Source: Cylindrospermopsis raciborskii Cr2010 (GTDB lineage: Bacteria > Cyanobacteriota > Cyanobacteriia > Cyanobacteriales > Nostocaceae). From it: a DNA stretch of 32,000 bases. The notes below the pieces were generated by a model. It worked only from the letters and a program-made list of their open reading frames with translations. It did not search any database and had not been told where the DNA came from. Positions within the stretch are counted from its first letter, which is position 1; each line of letters starts with the position of its first letter. Below, piece after piece: positions 28,257-32,000 of the stretch. The translations under genes were made by a program, and so were the position numbers. The stretch lies in assembly GCF_003367075.2 (NCBI RefSeq), contig NZ_CP065936.1, positions 960,001 through 992,000 of the forward strand, in the 5' to 3' direction.

Positions 28257-30121
28257 GTTGTGGTGATTGGTACTCCTAGCCAACCTAGAAAGTTGTTTTT
28301 TTGACTGGTACTAGGATTTTCCACTGGACGTAATTGATATTTGTTGGGACGTGGTTTGCCCAAGGTCACCTTGTAGTTCCGCAATTCATCCTGGTGAAAA
28401 ACCGTTATTTCAATGGTGTCCTTGGGTTGATAGTCTTGTAACCGATGACCTAGTTGATTTATACCTACCTTAATCCCATCAATGGCTAACAGTTCATCAC
28501 CCACATCTAATCCTGCTGTACTAGCAGGGGAGTGAGCTTCCACAAACTTAATAGTTTCCTGTCCATTTTCCGGTTCCACCCTAATTCCCAGATAAGGTGC
28601 GGACTCGGATTGCTCGACTAATGCCAACCCAAAAGGTTCTAAATACTTGAGGAATGGTAAATGCTCTAGACCATCTATATATTGTTTAAAGAAGTCAGAT
28701 AAATCTATTTGGGCTACCTGTTCAATGACTTCTTTTAAATCTTGGGTAGTATAACCAGTTTTCTGTGTACCAAATTTCCGCCACATTTCCACCATCACAT
28801 CATTTAAAGAAACTGTATTTTGATGGCGATCGCGAATGAGCAAATCTAATAACAAGGCGACCATTTCCCCTTTTAAATAGTAAGAAATTTGAGAATTTCG
28901 ACTATTAGGAGAGGGACGATATAACTTAATCCAAGCATCAAAACTAGATTCACTCAGGGGTTGGACATAACGCCCTGGAGTTGTGAGGTATCGGGTAATT
29001 TGCTGACTCAAATGATGGAAATAAGACCTGGCGTCATAAATTCCTGCTTGAAAAGGAATTAGTAAATCATAGTAACTGGTAATTCCTTCGCAAAACCATA
29101 AAGAAGGTGTATAGTTCTCCTGGTCATAATCAAAACTCTGTAACTCCCGGGGACGAATTCTTTTCACATTCCACAGATGAAAGAATTCATGGGCTAACAA
29201 TTGCATGAATCTTTCATATTTTTCCTTAGACCTAAATCCTAGCCGATCATAAATTAAGGAACAGGAATTTTTATGCTCTAGACCTCCATAAAGATCATGG
29301 CTTAAGTGGAGGATAAATACATATCTTTCATAAGGTAACCCCCCGAATATTTGTGCCTCACGGGTGATAATTTTTTGTAAATCATCTAGTACCTGTTTGA
29401 TTTGATAATTTCCCTTCCCCCAAATTGCTAATTCATGAGGTTTATTCCCTACTTGGAAGTGATGTAAATGATGATTACCGATTTCAAAAGGACTATCAAT
29501 CAGAGCATCGAAATTATCTGCTAAAAATGTATTAGCCTCTTGGTTAACTAGTGGTAAGGCGGTAGTTACTTGCCATTGTGGATTAGGTGTGACCACAGTA
29601 ATGTAAATTGGCTTTTGTTCCCAACCAGGGATTCTAAAAAACATCCCTGCACCGTTAAAATAACCATGGGTAGCATCCAGGTGATTTGTACGTACTGACA
29701 GTTCGTGGGCAAAAATACGATAGCGTACAACGACCTGATTAGCTTTACCTTTTTCTACTTGCCAGTGATTTTTGCTAACCTTCTTCCACCTTAAAGGTTT
29801 AGAACCAGCAAATGCGGTAAAATCCTGTAGGTTTTTAGCATATTCTCGCACCAAGTATGACCCTGGTGTCCATACGGGCATTTTCAAATCAACGACTATT
29901 CCGGGGTAGTTGTCAATGTGCAGAGTCACCTCAAATAGGTGATTTTCTGGTTTAGGCATTGATACCCAATAGTGAGTTGATGTGTTAGTTTGTTGCAGTA
30001 GATCCCTAGATGATAATTTTTGTTCTGTCCCGTTCATGGCCTGATTATAGGAGTAGTTGCGGTAGTCGGAAGTCCCTGATGGGGTGAAAACTGTTATGGT
30101 ATCACAGTTATATCCGCTCAA
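28250..30121 (-). CDS. M61 family (glycyl aminopeptidase-like) metallopeptidase with C-terminal PDZ domain
   Basis: Zinc motif [41 protein letters not shown]-like [40 protein letters not shown]. Confidence 0.9.
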   Translation of the reverse strand: MSGYNCDTITVFTPSGTSDYRNYSYNQAMNGTEQKLSSRDLLQQTNTSTHYWVSMPKPENHLFEVTLHIDNYPGIVVDLKMPVWTPGSYLVREYAKNLQDFTAFAGSKPLRWKKVSKNHWQVEKGKANQVVVRYRIFAHELSVRTNHLDATHGYFNGAGMFFRIPGWEQKPIYITVVTPNPQWQVTTALPLVNQEANTFLADNFDALIDSPFEIGNHHLHHFQVGNKPHELAIWGKGNYQIKQVLDDLQKIITREAQIFGGLPYERYVFILHLSHDLYGGLEHKNSCSLIYDRLGFRSKEKYERFMQLLAHEFFHLWNVKRIRPRELQSFDYDQENYTPSLWFCEGITSYYDLLIPFQAGIYDARSYFHHLSQQITRYLTTPGRYVQPLSESSFDAWIKLYRPSPNSRNSQISYYLKGEMVALLLDLLIRDRHQNTVSLNDVMVEMWRKFGTQKTGYTTQDLKEVIEQVAQIDLSDFFKQYIDGLEHLPFLKYLEPFGLALVEQSESAPYLGIRVEPENGQETIKFVEAHSPASTAGLDVGDELLAIDGIKVGINQLGHRLQDYQPKDTIEITVFHQDELRNYKVTLGKPRPNKYQLRPVENPSTSQKNNFLGWLGVPITTTQ

Positions 30122-30162
30122 CCACTTAAACTACCAGAAATTTGCAGAAAATTCATCAATTC

Positions 30163-31050
30163 TTAGCACTTCATGGCTTTTACCAGCAACTGGGGAATTT
30201 GCTGAGGATATTGGGCAACAGGTATTTGGGCATTACTAAAGGTGCTTAACTTAGTAGAAACACTGCCAAAATCAGGATCACGTTTGACCACAGTGGCAAA
30301 GTTGCCTGATTGGTGCCAGGATTTAGAAGGTGGTGCATGTCTACCAGCAATATAAGCAACAACTGGCTTATCAATAGCTGTGGATATGTATTTGGCAGCT
30401 ACCTCCTCACTTTCACCTCCCGGTTGACCAACTAAAACTATTGCTTCCGTATTTTCATCCTCATCTAGAATTTGTAACCATTGAGAAAAGGAAGAACCTA
30501 CAATTGCATCACTACCAATACTCACGCTAATAGACTGACCCAAACCAGCTTTAGTTAGTTCCCAAGCTACCTCGTAGGTAAGGGTACTGCTGCGACTGAC
30601 AATACCTACATTGCCAGGAGTATAAAATTCACTAGGCTGAGTACCCAGGAGAATCTTCCCTGGCACAATAATCCCCGGACTATTAGGCCCCACAATTAGG
30701 ATTTCGTGGTTTTCTGTTTTCCTCAGCAATGTCACCATATCCAGAGGTGGCACCCCCGGGGAGATAATAATGATCTGGGAAATGTTAGCAGCGATCGCCT
30801 CTAGTGCAGCATCTAACACTTGATAGGGATGTACACTAATAATTGTTGTATCAATTGTCCCGAAACTTGATACCACCTCTTCCACTAAATCAAAAACTGG
30901 CAAATTGTGTGCCATTATGCCACCATGACCGGGATCAACGCCAGCGACCAAATTAGTGCCATAGTATGATTTCATTTGGTCAATATGGGTTGTGGATATC
31001 AACTCCGAAAAACCTTGAATTAAAACTTTACTATCTGGCTTTAAGTTCAT
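30163..31050 (-). CDS. sucD: Succinate--CoA ligase (ADP-forming) subunit alpha
   Basis: DSKVLIQGFSELISTTHIDQMKSYGTNLVAGVDPGHGG-type N terminus, IIVSPGVPP, GPNSPGIIVPG, GIVSRSSTLTYEVAWELTKAGLGQSISVSIGSD; diverged from canonical SucD. Confidence 0.8.
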   Translation of the reverse strand: MNLKPDSKVLIQGFSELISTTHIDQMKSYYGTNLVAGVDPGHGGIMAHNLPVFDLVEEVVSSFGTIDTTIISVHPYQVLDAALEAIAANISQIIIISPGVPPLDMVTLLRKTENHEILIVGPNSPGIIVPGKILLGTQPSEFYTPGNVGIVSRSSTLTYEVAWELTKAGLGQSISVSIGSDAIVGSSFSQWLQILDEDENTEAIVLVGQPGGESEEVAAKYISTAIDKPVVAYIAGRHAPPSKSWHQSGNFATVVKRDPDFGSVSTKLSTFSNAQIPVAQYPQQIPQLLVKAMKC

Positions 31051-31098
31051 AAACTCCTTATTAAACTTAGAAAATTTCTTTAAAGAAAGTTAGTACAG

Positions 31099-32000
31099 CT
31101 ATTTTCTATACACTTGTGATTTGGTTAAACTTACTGCTTCCTTAACAGCTACATCCAAATTTTCAACCAAGATGAAATTTTCGCTTTGAACTTGTAGGAT
31201 GGACAGTAATGACTTCCTGGCCACTTGAAAATCATTACCAGCTAGGCGCATGACTATTTTGGGTAAGCGCTGGGGGAGGGTTTTCTGAGGAGTATTTAAA
31301 AAGCATCTAAGTTCTTCCAATTGTAATGCCATAAAATCAGTCATCACTCTTGGTACTTCCGAGAGTTCAGGAATAGTACCCAGCAAATTAATGAGAATCA
31401 CCTGAATATTGCGATCAGCAGCCAAAACCCTTAGTCCAGTTTCCATGCGTTGACTAAATTTTGTCGGTTCTGTGTGGTTCAACCAAGAATGTCGTAAATT
31501 TAAGGAGACAGCAGGTTTACCTCCTGCAGCTACCACTGCATCCCAAGTGGTTAAAGCGGAACCAGTACCGTTGGCTAATATGCCAATTTCCCCTTGGTTA
31601 TTCCTACCCAGCATATCAACCAACATGCCATTTATTCTTTTGCTCCCGGGATCCCGTGCTATTTTACTTGCTATGTCAGCTATGTCTGGATGACGATTAA
31701 TAGCCCTTTCATTAACTCTAATTTTGCCATTAAGTGTCATTACTTGACAAGACGAACTTACGCCAAGAGGATTAATTTCCACTAAATCTAAGTCTTTGTG
31801 CAAAAACAAATGATACATTTTTGTCACAATGTCGCTGACGGACTGCATTAGTCCGCCCCTCAAACCCATGAGATATGCTAGTCTTCTGGCATAAAATGGG
31901 GAAAACTCTTGTTCCACAACCACGTATTGCATGTTCTCTCCGGGAGACTGCCAATCTATGTATCTACAGCCTAAAAGTACAGGACGACTAATAACTGTAT
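31099..32000 (-). CDS. sucC: Succinate--CoA ligase subunit beta; 5' end beyond window end
   Basis: LDLVEINPLGVS, GSALTTWDAVVAAGGKPAVSLNL. The frame stays open upstream of the called ATG (31932) to the window edge, reading ...VISRPVLLGCRYIDWQSPGEN-MQYVVVEQ, so the 277-aa call is N-terminally short. Confidence 0.8.
   Translation of the reverse strand, partial: TVISRPVLLGCRYIDWQSPGENMQYVVVEQEFSPFYARRLAYLMGLRGGLMQSVSDIVTKMYHLFLHKDLDLVEINPLGVSSSCQVMTLNGKIRVNERAINRHPDIADIASKIARDPGSKRINGMLVDMLGRNNQGEIGILANGTGSALTTWDAVVAAGGKPAVSLNLRHSWLNHTEPTKFSQRMETGLRVLAADRNIQVILINLLGTIPELSEVPRVMTDFMALQLEELRCFLNTPQKTLPQRLPKIVMRLAGNDFQVARKSLLSILQVQSENFILVENLDVAVKEAVSLTKSQVYRK

Overview
This window looks like an ordinary chromosomal segment of a filamentous, probably nostocalean, cyanobacterium. 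It is rich in HIP1 (GCGATCGC) sites and encodes NdhB and a CpcT/CpeT-type bilin lyase. Most of it is housekeeping: an aldehyde dehydrogenase (5' part, cut by the window start), LysM/M23 peptidase, ndhB, topA, aroQ, proB, YqeG-like HAD phosphatase, DUF3727-like protein, ruvX, GNAT protein, plastoquinone-type prenyltransferase, Ppx/GppA, tRNA-Thr(UGU), argF, lexA, an SF2 helicase, dapL, an acyltransferase, a carotenoid oxygenase, cpcT, comB, an M61 peptidase and sucD/sucC (sucC cut by the window end). I found no CRISPR array, complete transposon, prophage or clear multigene novel defence system. The least ordinary parts are: (1) an AAA-ATPase/PD-(D/E)XK-like gene at 24346-25890, followed by a truncated, deleted, mosaic second copy at 26001-26840; (2) the interval between ppx and tRNA-Thr (15698-16720), with a gene fragment open 5' of its called start, a tRNA-like fragment and a ~20-bp tandem repeat; (3) lexA with a good cyanobacterial SOS-box match upstream and an SF2 helicase directly downstream; (4) an unlisted 45-aa ORF abutting aroQ; (5) a carotenoid oxygenase plus acyltransferase gene pair.
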